Shown: piece by piece, positions 29,220-42,711 of the stretch | Position numbering within the stretch: position 1 is the first letter of the stretch | Layout of the letters: the number at the start of each line of letters is the position of its first letter | Source of the DNA: Eledone cirrhosa | Lineage: Eukaryota | Length of the DNA stretch: 64,000 bases | Reading direction: 5' to 3' | NCBI GenBank assembly: GCA_964016885.1 | Contig: OZ024742.1 | Span: 54,746,001 to 54,810,000 of the forward strand | Notes under the pieces: generated by a model | The model's database searches: none | What the model was told of the DNA's origin: nothing | What the model saw: the letters and a program-made list of their open reading frames with translations, nothing else | Program-made: the position numbers and the translations under genes

Positions 29220-30928
29220 AGTTTACGGAATCTAGCCTAGGAATTTATATTTATGAAAGCTTAGGAAAGATATCAAGGAAAAGCATACTAAACCTAAAAG
29301 TGTGCAGTTACATATATAGACTATAGGGCATGAAAGCGAATAACATGTCAAACCTACGTTGAAAGTACAGTATAATCCAAATACATGAAACACAACATGG
29401 TAATATAATGTGAGAATTACAATATGATATAGAATATAATATAATGGATAATAAGGAATAAAAAGCTTAATATATGTATATATATATATATATCCATATA
29501 TATACACATTTACACAAACACATACTAACACTTATTAAGTATTTAAATATAAATATACTCGTTATAATATAAAAAAACCTTTATAATAGAATAAACCAAT
29601 CACCCTGACGTTGTGCATAAACAATACAGAAAACAATAGAATAATATACTGACATTAAAAAAACATATAAAACTACATCATACATATTATTTAAGGTCAA
29701 TAAATTGTATATAAAGTTTTTCACAGGGTAAGACAAAATATCATACAAAACTAAAGTATGTTGAAAAAATATATATAAATACATAAAGTATTGACAATAA
29801 ACACATAGAGGTATAGGCAGTTTACATTCCTAAAATATTACAAAATATTACAAAACAGTACCTCAAATATCTGACATATATTAATATCTATAATTCAATT
29901 ACATAAAAATAATAAGATATATCAATGTTAATATTATAATAGCAGACATACAGAGTCAATCGAAAATGCTTAAGACATATTTAGGCGATTGATATAGGGA
30001 GACATATTATGATACAATAACATATGATAGGAAGACAGCATGTGGTAGTAAAAAAATAAATAAAATAAAACGAAGAACAAAAACAAAAAACAAGCACAGT
30101 TACGTAGGTATTAAGTCGTTAGGTAAATATAGATGAAAGAATTGAATAGAAAACCTTATTAAATTAATTGATATTAAAATTACTTAAAATATATTATTGG
30201 TCACTTCAAATGGAATAAAGTTTAAGTCATCAATGTCGTATAAAATTAAGATATTTCAATAAAAACTATCAATATATATTACTTTCCGTTCAGACGAATT
30301 ACGTTATCAAAGAAAAAAATAAATAAAACTATGGTAGACCAATGGGAACAGAAAGAAGTGAAACAATGGAGGATAGGAAGGAGCATAAAAGTAAAATTTA
30401 TATATAATATATTATATAATAAAAAGGAGCATAAAAGTAAAATTTATATATAATAAATAAAAAGGGGCGAATATTAAGTGTGGAAAGGAGGAGGTTTATT
30501 AGTTTTAGATGTAGGAGACTCAAAATTAAACTATTCAATAAGATACAAACTTATAAGGCGATAATAGTGAGTAAAAATATAATAATGTTTAAGGTGATAG
30601 ATAGGGTAAGGTAGCTAATAAGACTATGAAAATTAAAATCGAAAACCGTAGAAAACTAATAATAATGGTAATAGTAATGAACTAAAACCTAAGATATAAG
30701 GAAATATAGCAGCTAATGGATACGGTTTAAACTACCAGAACTTTTAGGTCTATAATAGAAGAAAGAATTAGAAATGGCATGCGGACAGGAAGAAAATATT
30801 TCAGATTTTCTATTAAGCAATATGTTCCTAGAGAAAATTATAGAGTGGGTCTCTAGGATACAAAGATTACAGAATTTAGTGTGTGTTGATAGGTGATTAG
30901 AGTGTGCTACTATTCGCCAATTTAGGCT
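29220..30928 (-). mobile_element. Naiad-like PLE C-terminus and probable AT-rich 3' UTR
   Basis: 30775-30927 minus strand: LNWRIVAH...FCNLCILETHSII...LLNRKSEIFSSCPH. The UTR extent is inferred. Confidence 0.6.
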
Positions 30929-30959
30929 ATATGGTATACCATATTAAAAGGGGCTGGTA

Positions 30960-31977
30960 TACCATGCACAAAACACACTCACACACACATCCCCCAGCCC
31001 ACCTATAACACCACCACTGCCCATAACAGAAATTGTAATTGCCACCTTCCAGAGACTTGTCCATTGAATAACGAATATTTGCATTCAAACCTAGTGTACA
31101 GGTGCTCGGTTGAGTCGGGCAACCAAACCTGGCACTACATAGGCAGCACTGCAAACACCTTCAAAACTCGTTGGTACACGCATCGTTACGCAATAAAGCA
31201 CCACCAACACCGTTACGTAACGACTCTCGCCGACAAAATTTGGCACTTAAAAGGGAGTAACCGACAATACACCCTTAAATGGACCAAACTCTCACATGCT
31301 CCTCCATACCGGAGTGGGGTGAAAACGTGCCCATTGTGTAATAATGAGCTCTTCCATATCCTAAGCTCAAGCCACCAACTACTCAACAACAAAATTGAAA
31401 GGTCAATTGTTTGCCAGCATAAACTGAAAGCGAAATTCTCACACTTCAAACCTTCAACCAAATCTTAACACTACCTATCTTTCTACCCTAAATAGGAATT
31501 CTACACCCCTAAAAATAGACTATATATGAAATTTAATACTTTCTTCCTTCATCTGTTCTCTGGTAAGACTTTCGCCTGTCCACTTCCAAATGCCTCTTAA
31601 AATTCTATCTTCCTTCTCTCTCCCTCTACTCATCACAACTTTTAGCACACAACCCTCCTCCCCCTCCCTATAGAAATTCTCTCACACCACACTATCTCTT
31701 TCTCTTTCTCTCCCTACCTCCACCCCTTTTCTCTCTCTTTCTCCCTCTCTTTTGCCCCTCTCTCTCTCTGTTCCTCTGTCTTACACTACTACCCCTTATT
31801 TCATTTCCTAAGGTCATTCCAACTTTGTATTTTGAAAATTCGGATGCTACAGTATCTTTCTTGATTGCCTATTATAACATAGTGTAGCAATAATGGACTG
31901 AAATTCTGATGAAACAATTGTTAATACGTGGATTAAATTCTTTTGTAACTGTTTACCTTCGTCCTATTTCTCTTCTT

Positions 31978-31980
<3 letters not shown>
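30960..31980 (+). mobile_element. 5'-truncated Naiad-like PLE (GIY-YIG ORF 31030-31468, UTR, pLTR)
   Basis: CNCHLPETCPLNNE..NLVYRCSV..YIGSTANTFKTRWYTH..LADKIWHLK..CPLCNNE..LLNNK..VCQH. Confidence 0.85.
31827..31927 (+). ncRNA. Type I hammerhead with U3-A8 core variant
   Basis: GTATT TTGAAAA T TCGGA TGCTACA...TGTAGCA...TCTGA T GAAA CAATTG TT AATAC. Confidence 0.7.
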
Positions 31981-32012
<32 letters not shown>

Positions 32013-32039
32013 TACGCATATATATATATATACATGTAA

Positions 32040-32083
<44 letters not shown>

Positions 32084-32091
32084 ACTCTCTC

Positions 32092-32152
<61 letters not shown>

Positions 32153-32496
32153 TGTATACATATATTAAGGAACAAGTGTAAAAAACACTTTGATTTAGAG
32201 CTTTGAAAATTACTGAAGACACCGCTGTCAAGTTGGTAGGAATAAAGTAAAAATGCTGAACATATTGACATGATTGATTTCCCTCATGGGAATCGATTTA
32301 CTTCATATGTAAATTTGTTTTACTAAGATTACACATCATTACTTTCATTGGTGAATTCTATTCCCATTGAGTCGTATATATTTGATTATTTTGTGCTTAA
32401 TATGATATACAGGCTTAGTGGTCACGTACTCAAAGTAGTTTATTCATGTAATAATGACAGACAGTGGCAAAGTCACACAGGCATATATATATATAA

Positions 32497-32587
<91 letters not shown>

Positions 32588-32671
32588 AATATATATATAT
32601 ATGTATATATATATATACATATATGTATGTACATACATACATATATATATATATATATACATATATATATG

Positions 32672-32705
<34 letters not shown>

Positions 32706-32717
32706 CATATATATATG

Positions 32718-32785
<68 letters not shown>

Positions 32786-32791
32786 TATATG

Positions 32792-32833
<42 letters not shown>

Positions 32834-32883
32834 TATGTACATACATACATATATATATATATACATATATATATGTACATACA

Positions 32884-32928
<45 letters not shown>

Positions 32929-32961
32929 TATATAAATATAAATATGTATATATACATATAT

Positions 32962-33572
32962 ATGGTGGCTGCCAACTCCTTTTCGAGTACGGCCACTACT
33001 TTATATCCATGTAGGAGAACTCCTACCGATGCGCTGAACGAGTGTGACTTTTTAGTCCAGCCAGCGACTTGAAAACTCTGGTACAAACATTACACTTGTG
33101 ACAATTATTGACACATAGTGCTGGGACCATGGTACCATGTGACGACAAGTGCAGAGAGATCTCCAGATATAAAGCAATGCCTGTGCCGTGAAGCTTTTAT
33201 AGTGAGGAAAGGCACTGCACAAAGCCAGTCCCACTCTCTTAACCAAGATGATATTTACCAAAAAGAAGAACAAGTCAACATCATTGGATACCATCAGGGT
33301 TGCAGGTGTTATATCAGAGTTTTCCTTCTCCTAGAATTCTGCCTTGACAAAGGCTAAGGGGTCATCTCTCCCGGTGATTTTGGATGGCCATTGACTCTTA
33401 AGAGCTCCTTTGCCCTTTGATAGGTTTTGTTTTTAGTCCTGCAGGATGTCCAAAGTCACCCTCCTCACCAAGAAACCTTGGTGGGGTTGCCAGTTTAGTT
33501 GCCAACGACCCGACCATGAGACAGGTTGTACTGGGATACATGTTACCAGTAGCACCAACTGGTGACCTGACA
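32962..33572 (-). mobile_element. Bipartite non-autonomous RTE-clade element (5' UTR fused to the ORF2 3' tip)
   Basis: RTE-type UTR motif ctaggagaaggaaaactctga and a terminal C2H2 finger [22 protein letters not shown] (33023-33106). Other copies at 55138-55542, 60668-61160, 61345-61501 and 62028-62121. Confidence 0.7.
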
Positions 33573-33698
33573 CATGATACATATATATATATATGTGCAT
33601 ACATACATATCTATATATTTATATATATATGAAAACAGGGAGAAAGATACGATTATGAGGAAGGAAAATATATATATATATAGCTGTGTGTGTGTGTG

Positions 33699-33739
<41 letters not shown>

Positions 33740-33747
33740 CTATGTAC

Positions 33748-33828
<81 letters not shown>

Positions 33829-35595
33829 TCTATGTAAATATATATGTATATAAATATATACATATATGTATTTATATTTATATTTAAACATCCAAAGACA
33901 CACACGCACACAGGTAATCGCACAATCGACCGTACATATATGCACACACAAATGTGCAAATGTTTATATATATATATATATATATATATATTACATATAT
34001 TATATGTGTGTATGTTTGTATGCGTACGCGAGAGTGTGAGTTTGAGAATGAGTGCAAGTGAATGTAAGTGAGAGTGCGTGTGTGTGAGTGCGTGCGTATG
34101 TGTGTGTGATTGAGTGAGTGTGTGGGAGTGAGTGACTGTCTGAATGAGTGTCTGTGTAAGTGAATGTGTGTATGTGTGTAAGTGAATGTGTCTGTTTATG
34201 TACGTATGTATGAGTGAGCATATATATTAGCATCATATTCTCTATGCTTCATATTATATATAGTAAGAAGTGTGCCGGCAGCCGAAATGTATGAAATTCT
34301 ATCTGTTACACACTCTATATTTATCCAGATATAACTTTACCATATATATATTATATTTACTCAGGAAATGTAGATTCAATATATATATATAATAATAATA
34401 AATCTGAAGACTAAAATCCTAAGAGGACTCGATAAGGATATATATATATCAAATATTATATATATATATATATATATATGGGTGTGTGTGTGTACATGTA
34501 TATATATATATATATATTACACACACACAGGTAATCATACCTACATATATGCACACACAAATGTACATAAGCTTATATATTTATGTGTATGTGTACGCGT
34601 GTGTGTGTGTGTATAACTTTATGTCTATATATGTGTGTGCGTAAGTTTATGCGTATGCATGTATGTGTGTATGCATGCGTGAATGTATGCATGTCTGTGT
34701 GTCCGTGTTTGTATGCATGTCTGTGTGTCCGTGTTTGTATGCATGTTTCCATTGCAGTATTGTGGATTTGTAATTTAATATAATTATTTACATACATAAA
34801 CGAGGTTTTTGTTTCTTCTTCATAAAACACATTTTACTTGAAATAATAAAACGCCTTTTGGTGTGTACTGCTTCGTATACATTTACATATTTTCTCATCA
34901 TCTATAGAAATGACTGGGAAATTCTTACATGATATATAATCTAATTTACTGAAAGAATAATATTATATGATTGAATGCTTTATTTTCTCTGTATAATTTG
35001 TATTTTCTTCAAAAGTATTTTCAATTTGGTTTTAAATATGTTAAGGAAGATATATTATATATCAAACAAATGTACATATCTAATTCAGGTTGATGTATTT
35101 ATATTAAGGTTCGTATCGGTATTGACGTTAAGAAATTTATTTAGAAATTATTGATGCATTTGAAAAGACTAATATTGCATTGATTCACATTTTATTCTGT
35201 ATATTGCAGAAGAAAATTTAAATCAATGCGAATCCCCTCATTTTTTTAATTATATATCCGTGAGTATAATGTCTATGCATTCTCTTACAAGATCTATTAA
35301 CTGTTTTGTAACTGAGTTTATTTTAGCTATTACGTTAATGTAACTATGTGTATTATTCATATCGATGTTCTCTTCACTATATATTAGATTTTAAACTTGA
35401 TCTACTGTTTTATGTTTTATAAATTATGAATTGAAAAAAAAATACTGTTACTGATTAAAGGGATTTTTAACTTAACACTATGTCAGTGGTGCCGATCAAC
35501 TTTTGCACCTGTTTGCAAATAAACATCATCAGCCGATGTACATAAGCAAACATTAAAAGCTTTCAGTTTATTTCCCTTTGCATCAAAAGAGTAAG

Positions 35596-35634
35596 TCACT
35601 CTGACGACGGATAACATCTAGAAACCGTCAGCGA
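35596..35634 (+). ncRNA. Minimal hammerhead-like motif, decayed
   Basis: TCACT CTGACGA C GGAT AAC ATCT A GAAA CCG TC AGCGA. Confidence 0.55.
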
Positions 35635-35811
35635 TTTCTCCCTTTACTTCTAACATAGAAGACGTGATCAGGGCTTATTAAAAATCATTTTGACGATAAA
35701 ATGATTATAATACATACACATATCGTATATGCTGCAATGTATAACACTATTACGTTTCCCACTACATTACTGCGATTATTACACATTGTAAATATATATA
35801 TATACATGTAT

Positions 35812-35843
<32 letters not shown>

Positions 35844-37435
35844 GTATGCATATATATGTATGTATATATATGTTTATATATATATGTGCGTGTGAGTGTG
35901 TATGGTTATTTATATATATATATAATAGAAAAAACGAGGAAGTTTTGTTTACATATGAAAAATACTTATTGCGTATCGACCTGTTATATATATAATAAAA
36001 AGGACGAGGTGTTAGTTCTTCATTACATTTATGGAGGTGTGTTTGGGCGTGCGTGTACGAATATAGAAAATAAAATGATGCATCTCATAAAAAATTTCAT
36101 TCAGATAAATGTAAATCTACTTTTGTATCTTCTACCAGAACTACAAACAGTCAACTTTCTTTATTGTATACCTCTATTCCCGCGGATTATTATTAGTGTA
36201 TTCTTTACATACTGTCGCGAGATGGGTAATAAGTACAATAGTGTGTTTCATTATCAGATATAGCATTTCTTCGGAGTTCATGGGAACGTTATGTATTAAA
36301 TGTAAGATATGTCATATTTTTATATAACTTCATTGAATCATATTTGCTAGTACTGATTTCACTATTCTCCTTTCAGTTTGTTATCACTGAAGTGAGAACA
36401 GTGTTTTGTTAAATGTATAAAGGAACACCGTCTGTCTGTTACGTTTGTAGAATGTATTCATAGATATGACTAAATAGAACAAAATATATTGCGCACTACT
36501 TTCGTGATGTATACAATACTGAAGTATCAGGTACTTTTATTTTTCGCTGCTTATATTTATGTAATGAAATATAAACAAATAAAGAAGAATATTGCATAAA
36601 GATTATTTCAATATTGCCATAACATTTCAAATGTGTATATGTTGGTTCCAAGGACTTAAATAAAGCTGACATACAAAGCTTTCTCTGCGCACACCTTTTT
36701 ACGTCATAAAGATAAGCAATCATTTTTGCATGTATGAAGCAAAGTAATATGATTAAATTGAGAATACCGGCATCTAAATAAATTACATAACATACAACTA
36801 TACAGAAATGGTTTACAAATCTCATATTCGTTAATATACTTATTTTGTTGTGGAAAAAAATAACAAACTATAATCAGTAGCATAGGATTGAGGAGGAAGT
36901 CCCTTTTTCATAAGCGATATTTCATTATGAAAGCTATCTCAGTATAATATAATGCTAACAGAATATCAGCATATATAATAATAAATAATGTATATAACAT
37001 TTCCTTTAACCTTTAAAAGACAATATGAAACGTCAATAATATAAAATAGTTCATGATCAACATGTTCTAAAGTAAACAACGTTATGCTCGATTGAGAAAA
37101 ATATAGATCTTCAAATAAAATAATACATAATATAAACGACTATTGAGTAAAGAGTAATTTTCAGCATATTATACTATTTGTGAATAACATTTAATTAAAA
37201 TTTAGCTATGGGAATATTATTGTTAGTCGATCAAACAGACACGACAAACAAACAAAATCCAATTTATCAAATTTTATCAATTAATGAGGAAGAAACTAAT
37301 ATTTGAATTTTTGTTGTTGGGGGAGGGGGGGGGGGGGTAGAAGATGAAACGTTTGCAGTAGAATGTAGGTGCAAACATTATATGAGTGCACTGCATGTTT
37401 AAAATATGGCAGTTATGAGTGGGACATACATGATT

Positions 37436-37720
37436 AAATCGTCTTCATCTTCGTACATATATTCCTGGACGGGTCGTAGAGGCGACGTCCTCAGACACGC
37501 CTTTGAGAGGGTCCTATCAGAATCAATTGTCTCCAACTTATCTGGCTGCATCACAAGGCGAGACCAACGGAACTCATGGATATTCACCAACCAAATTGTT
37601 CTTGGTCTACCTCTACTGGTTTGGTTTGCCCGTAAGATCTCCCTAACGATTATTTCCTTAGACATTATGAAAATATGTCCGTAGTATCGGAGCCGTGATC
37701 TGTCGATTCGGTGGAGGAGT
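37436..37720 (-). pseudogene. RTE-clade LINE 3' end
   Basis: RSRLRYYGHIFIM...RGRPRTIW followed by a (GAA/GAT)n-like tail. Confidence 0.7.
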
Positions 37721-38194
37721 ACGGGGTCAGGCTGGAGTAACACATTGAATTTTTGGAGCTACGCACCATTGCGAGAAGCGTTACTCCTTTTGGAAAAATC
37801 CAATTTCAACCGCTCGTATTGAAAGTTTCAATTTTTAACAAATAAACTAAATATAACGATTGTAATCATTTATACATCACACATAGCAACTGCTTTGGTG
37901 ACTTACTAATATGAATATATTCAAAATAGCTGTTAGAATTATAAATACATTGCAGGGATATTTATGACCACTATAATCGTATAGTATTAAATGATAGACG
38001 TCTTCACTTGGCTGAAATTATTTAAAAGCTAGCGCACACACAGATTAACATACGCATACACAAAGAAACACCAGTCTCCGTTTTATATGAGGGCATATCT
38101 AATGAGAAAGAGAGTGGTGGTGAGGGCGAGTGTGTGCGAATTAGAATATGCCTAGTTTGAATATTTGGTTGTCTTTTTGGGGCTGCTTTGTTTA

Positions 38195-38600
38195 TAAGCC
38201 GGTGGGGCTGGATCGAGGGGACGGCAAAAGGCCAGATGGCATGACCATCTGCCCGTTCTGCGGTGGCAAACCCCTCGTCTGGGATGCCACTTGCACCTAC
38301 ACTTTCTGCAGCCGCAACCTGGTGCAGTCTGCGACTGACCCAGGTTCTGCTGCACGTCGGGCTGAGGACGCCAAACTCCTCAAATACCGGTCTTTCTCCG
38401 ACAGGTTTGCGGTCGTACCCCTGGCAGTAGCGACTTCTGGTGTCCTCGGCCCCAGGGCTACTTCCTTACTCACCACCATAGGCGCTGAGATGGCCAGTCG
38501 CAGCTGTGAGCCCCGCGAGTTGGAGTGGATCTTCCAGCGCGTCTCCCTCGCCGTCCCCCGGGGAAACGGCTTCTCCATTCTGTCCGCCGGGGCTATGGGT
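38195..38600 (+). pseudogene. Restriction-like endonuclease C-terminus of a CRE-clade retrotransposon
   Basis: GDGKRPDGMT..LVWDATC..AEDAKLLKY..PLAVATSGVLG..QRVSLAVPRGN. Confidence 0.85.
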
Positions 38601-38714
38601 GGGCCCCATCACGTAAATTTGCAGTTGTTGTAGAGACCCTTCTAATTAAATCAACATTCTGAATTATTGTACATGTAATGTTGAAAATGTAGCGTCCGAT
38701 AAAAAGTGGGGAAG

Positions 38715-38817
38715 GAAATAATATCATGACGAAATTAGTATCTTTTTGTATTTCTATACGACGTTACTTTATATATAGAAATACAAAACGATACTAATTT
38801 CGTTATGACATTATTTC
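38715..38817. repeat. ~100 bp hairpin
   Basis: gaaataatatcatgacgaaattagtatc...gatactaatttcgttatgacattatttc. Confidence 0.8.
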
Positions 38818-41800
38818 GATACCAATTGATATATGGAAAAAGACAAAATTATATATTGAATCGTAAATCGATAATAGTCAGAGGGATAGGGGTAAAACAT
38901 TTAAATGTTGAAACTAAATCATATTAAAATATAAGCAACTGTTATGAAGTTATAAGTCGCTCGCTAGATATTTGTCAAGGGCTTTTTTCCGAGTGGCGGT
39001 ACTGAGAGATCCAAGAATATTGAGTGAACGTGGCTAATCGAAAAACCATTAAGAGAGAAAAGTTTTAAAGTATATATATATATATAAACAATGATTTAGA
39101 GACTTTGTTGATATGTGATCAACAGAGTTATGTTCATAACAGATATGAAGCACTCGACAAATACAATTTACCTGGAGTATTACAATAATAATAGTAATAA
39201 ATGGAAAATATATCACTATGGCATCATAATTTATTTCCTCATATATATTTCAGGGATATTAAGTTATAGTATGCCTTCTTCAGACAAAATACAATTTTAG
39301 ATGTATAAAAATGTGACATACTCATAAAAGAGATCGCATGCGATCGCATACGATTCAAAATCTCAAAATTTCCTGTGTTATTTGGGAAATTTCCTATGTT
39401 ATTGGGAAATATGAACAAATAAATAAATAATAAGGACAGTTAAAATAGACGCTTGAAATGTTTTTATATCTTCCCTTAGTAATAAAATATAACCATCTAA
39501 CGGTTTTTTTCTCTGACCAATCTAATTACGCTATTTTAAAAAACAATTTTAAGCGTCTATTTTAACTGTCCTTATTTATATAAAACATCTAATTGAAAAA
39601 TGTGATTCTTTTATTAGAAGACTTCGATGGCGTGCCTACCATTTCGATAGAAAATCAAATGAAGAAAGAAATAATTCACCATATAATTTTTATCTTGTTT
39701 TTAAATCTAAGAAAAATCCACCTTTTAATAAACTTTTAGTAGAGTTTGAGAATGAATTAATCAATATAATACAAGGCATAACATTTAAAAAAGAAACCCT
39801 TAAAAAGCCTTAAAAATAAAATTGATGAAATGAAGAAAACCAATAAAATCCTTGTTAAATCGGATAAAACCGATAATCTTTACGACCTGGAAAAAGGGAG
39901 CTTAGAAAAATCTACAAAAAAAAAAAAATCAAGGAAGACCTTTCAACCATTAATAACGAAGCCTTCACAATTATCTCCAAACTAGGAATAGAACACAGGA
40001 CAGAACCATTTACACCTAGACCACTAAAACTAAACACGAAGGATCATAAGGACAATTTTGAATCTGATCTACCTGTCAGACTCATAGCGCCCTCTAAATC
40101 GGATCTGGGGATTATCATCAAAAACATATTAGATAGAAGTATACCGATCTTAAAATCAAAATCACATCTCAAACTTTGGAATGGAACTAATGAAGTGATA
40201 GACTGGTTTGTAAACCTTAAATCTAAAAGAAACACTAAATTTATCTAAATGGATATAGCAAATTACTATTCTTCTATCACTCCAAATTTACTTAACAAAG
40301 CCTTAATTTATGTATCAATACATACAGATCTATCAAGTGATGAAATAAACATAATCTTAACGGCGAGGAAACCCTTATAGAATTTAACGGGGACCTTTGG
40401 ACCTGAGCTGATAGACCTGGAAATTTTAATATTACCATGGGATCTTCGGAATCGGCTCAGGTTAGGGACCTCGTTGGTATTTTCATCCTTAACACTATAC
40501 ATAGACAACTTCCCGATATTGCCAGAGGTTTATATCGTGACGATGCACTTTTTATAGTGAATCACCATAATAATAGTGCCCTTAATAAGAAAAAGAAAAT
40601 CATAATTGACATCTTTAATAATTATGACCTCAAACTAGAAATCGAAAACAATAATAAGATAGTCAATTTACTAGACATTACCTTAAATCTTAAATCTGGC
40701 CTCTACTACCCATTCCATAAGTTAAATGAAAACCTAAATTATGTTAGCTTCTATTCCAACCACCCTAAAAACGTTAAAAATCTATAGTTAATAGTGTTCA
40801 ACTTAGAATTTCTAGATTCTCCGTTAATAACGATATATTTGAAAATAAGGCAGAATACTATAACGAGGCCCTATATAGAGCAGATACTCTAATAAAATTA
40901 ATTACATAGATAAGGATAATTATACCCCCTATTATAAAGGAAATATTTCATCTAATGTTAATAACATAAATCAATCTTATAACCAGCATGACTTACATAT
41001 AAACAAAAGTAACAAATCGAATAGAAAAGCCAGATCTAGTTCTATTTTAGGGTACTCTCCACCACTATCTTTAGGAATTAAAACTAGTTTACCACAACAG
41101 TTCTTTCGCGTTCTCGATAAATGTTTCCCTAGAACCCATAAATATTACCAGATTTTTAATAGACATACTATCAAAGTACAATACTCAACAACTATGAATA
41201 TCACGGAAAATATAGTAAAAATTGATAATAGGAGTCTGAAAATGAATTAAATAGAAATAACCCCGAGAACTACAATAGTAATATTGATAATAACATTAGA
41301 AATAATAATAACATACACCTTAGTAATAGAGCTCTATCATCAAATAATAACATAAAGAATTGCAATTGTAAGAACAGTCTATCTTGCCCATTAAATAATA
41401 AATGACTTTACCGTAATCTAGTGATAAATGCATTTATAAATCGTATAGTTATAGGGTCACTTCATCTAAATTTAAGGAGAGATGGTATAACCATACGCAT
41501 ACTTTTGAACGATGGATAAGAAATTCTCAACTTCCCTATCTCAAATAAAATGGTCTCTAAAAAGCAAAAAACATAGATTACTCACAATCTTAGCAGAAGC
41601 TAGAGTGCGCCTTGCCATATGTAAATGCTTCTATCTCTAAATATCTGTAATCTTTGTAACACATAAATTCTTTATATTATTAGTAATACAAAATATATTA
41701 TTAATAAAAGAAATGAAACATTTAGTGGCTGTTTACACAGGATTTGCAAATCATTTCACAGAATATATAGCTAAATTTATATTTTTGTATTATGTATATG

Positions 41801-41898
41801 ATTGACTTAATTGTCATCTATATATAGATAGTTGGATATAATTATGGGTTCTCTTAGATATATGTATATGTATATGAGAACAACTTAATAAGTGGCAT

Positions 41899-42068
41899 CA
41901 GTGGATTGGCAGTATCGGTAGAGAGTCGGACACCATGCTTAGCAGCAAATAGTTACGGCCCTTTATGATCTCAAATCCCGCCGAGGTTAACTTACGGGGT
42001 CGATAAAATAAAGTACCAGTAATGTATTGGGATAAATGCTCGCCTTGTGCCAAAGGTAGAAACAGTTA
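41899..42068 (+). mobile_element. tRNA-derived SINE (small internal deletions)
   Basis: Matches the other copies. Confidence 0.85.
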
Positions 42069-42400
42069 TTTATATTCCTTGACATAATATATCATATATA
42101 TTATGCTCACATTATAGGCCCCAATAATATATTCTTAAAATGATATAATTTTTATTATAATTAATTTGAGTTCTTCCCCTTTGTTTATTTATTTACTTAT
42201 GTAAATGCAACCCTAAATATACATAACATATACCTTTATTTTTTCGTAGCATCAGAGTATAAGATATATATATATGAATGTATATATAGTATATCTGGCG
42301 ATATACTGTATGTTTAATTAAAAACATTTTGAAGACCTTGCGCTATTATTTTAAAGTAGTGACTATGACACTTCTTTTTTCAACAAAGGAAGGGAGATAA

Positions 42401-42440
42401 ACTGACAGATCTGTTTCACACTGTTGGTGTTCATCAGAGC
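42401..42440 (-). ncRNA. Compact type I hammerhead ribozyme, intact
   Basis: GCT CTGATGA ACAC CAACA GTGT GAAA CAGATCTG TC AGT. Confidence 0.85.
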
Positions 42441-42711
42441 TTAGCACTCACTGACCTTTGCTGAAAATTATATATATATATATCGAGCTATATACATAAT
42501 AAAAGCGTATGAATGTGTATGTTTGTGTATGTATACCTATATATATCTCCCCTTAATAATAAAATATAACCATCTAACGGTTGTTTTCTCTGACCAATTA
42601 CGCTAAAAAGAACATTTCAAGCGTCTATTTTAACTGTCGTTATTATTTATTTATTTGAATCAATTGCGTATTTTGAACTGATCGAAAGCGATCTCTTCTA
42701 TGAGCATACAT

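Larger units (their letters stand above)
39190..42710 (+). mobile_element. Near full-length decayed Naiad-like PLE with direct repeats (39472-39578, 42548-42650) and an upstream inverted pLTR segment (39190-39470)
   Basis: RRLRWRAYHF, VKSDKTDNLY, KDHKDNF..PVRLIAPSKSDLG, MDIANYYSSIT, ITMGSSESAQVRDLVGIFIL, GLYRDDAL, SNHP, CNCKNSLSCPL, CNLCN (39605-41770). Another inverted tail copy lies at 44900-45065. Confidence 0.85.
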
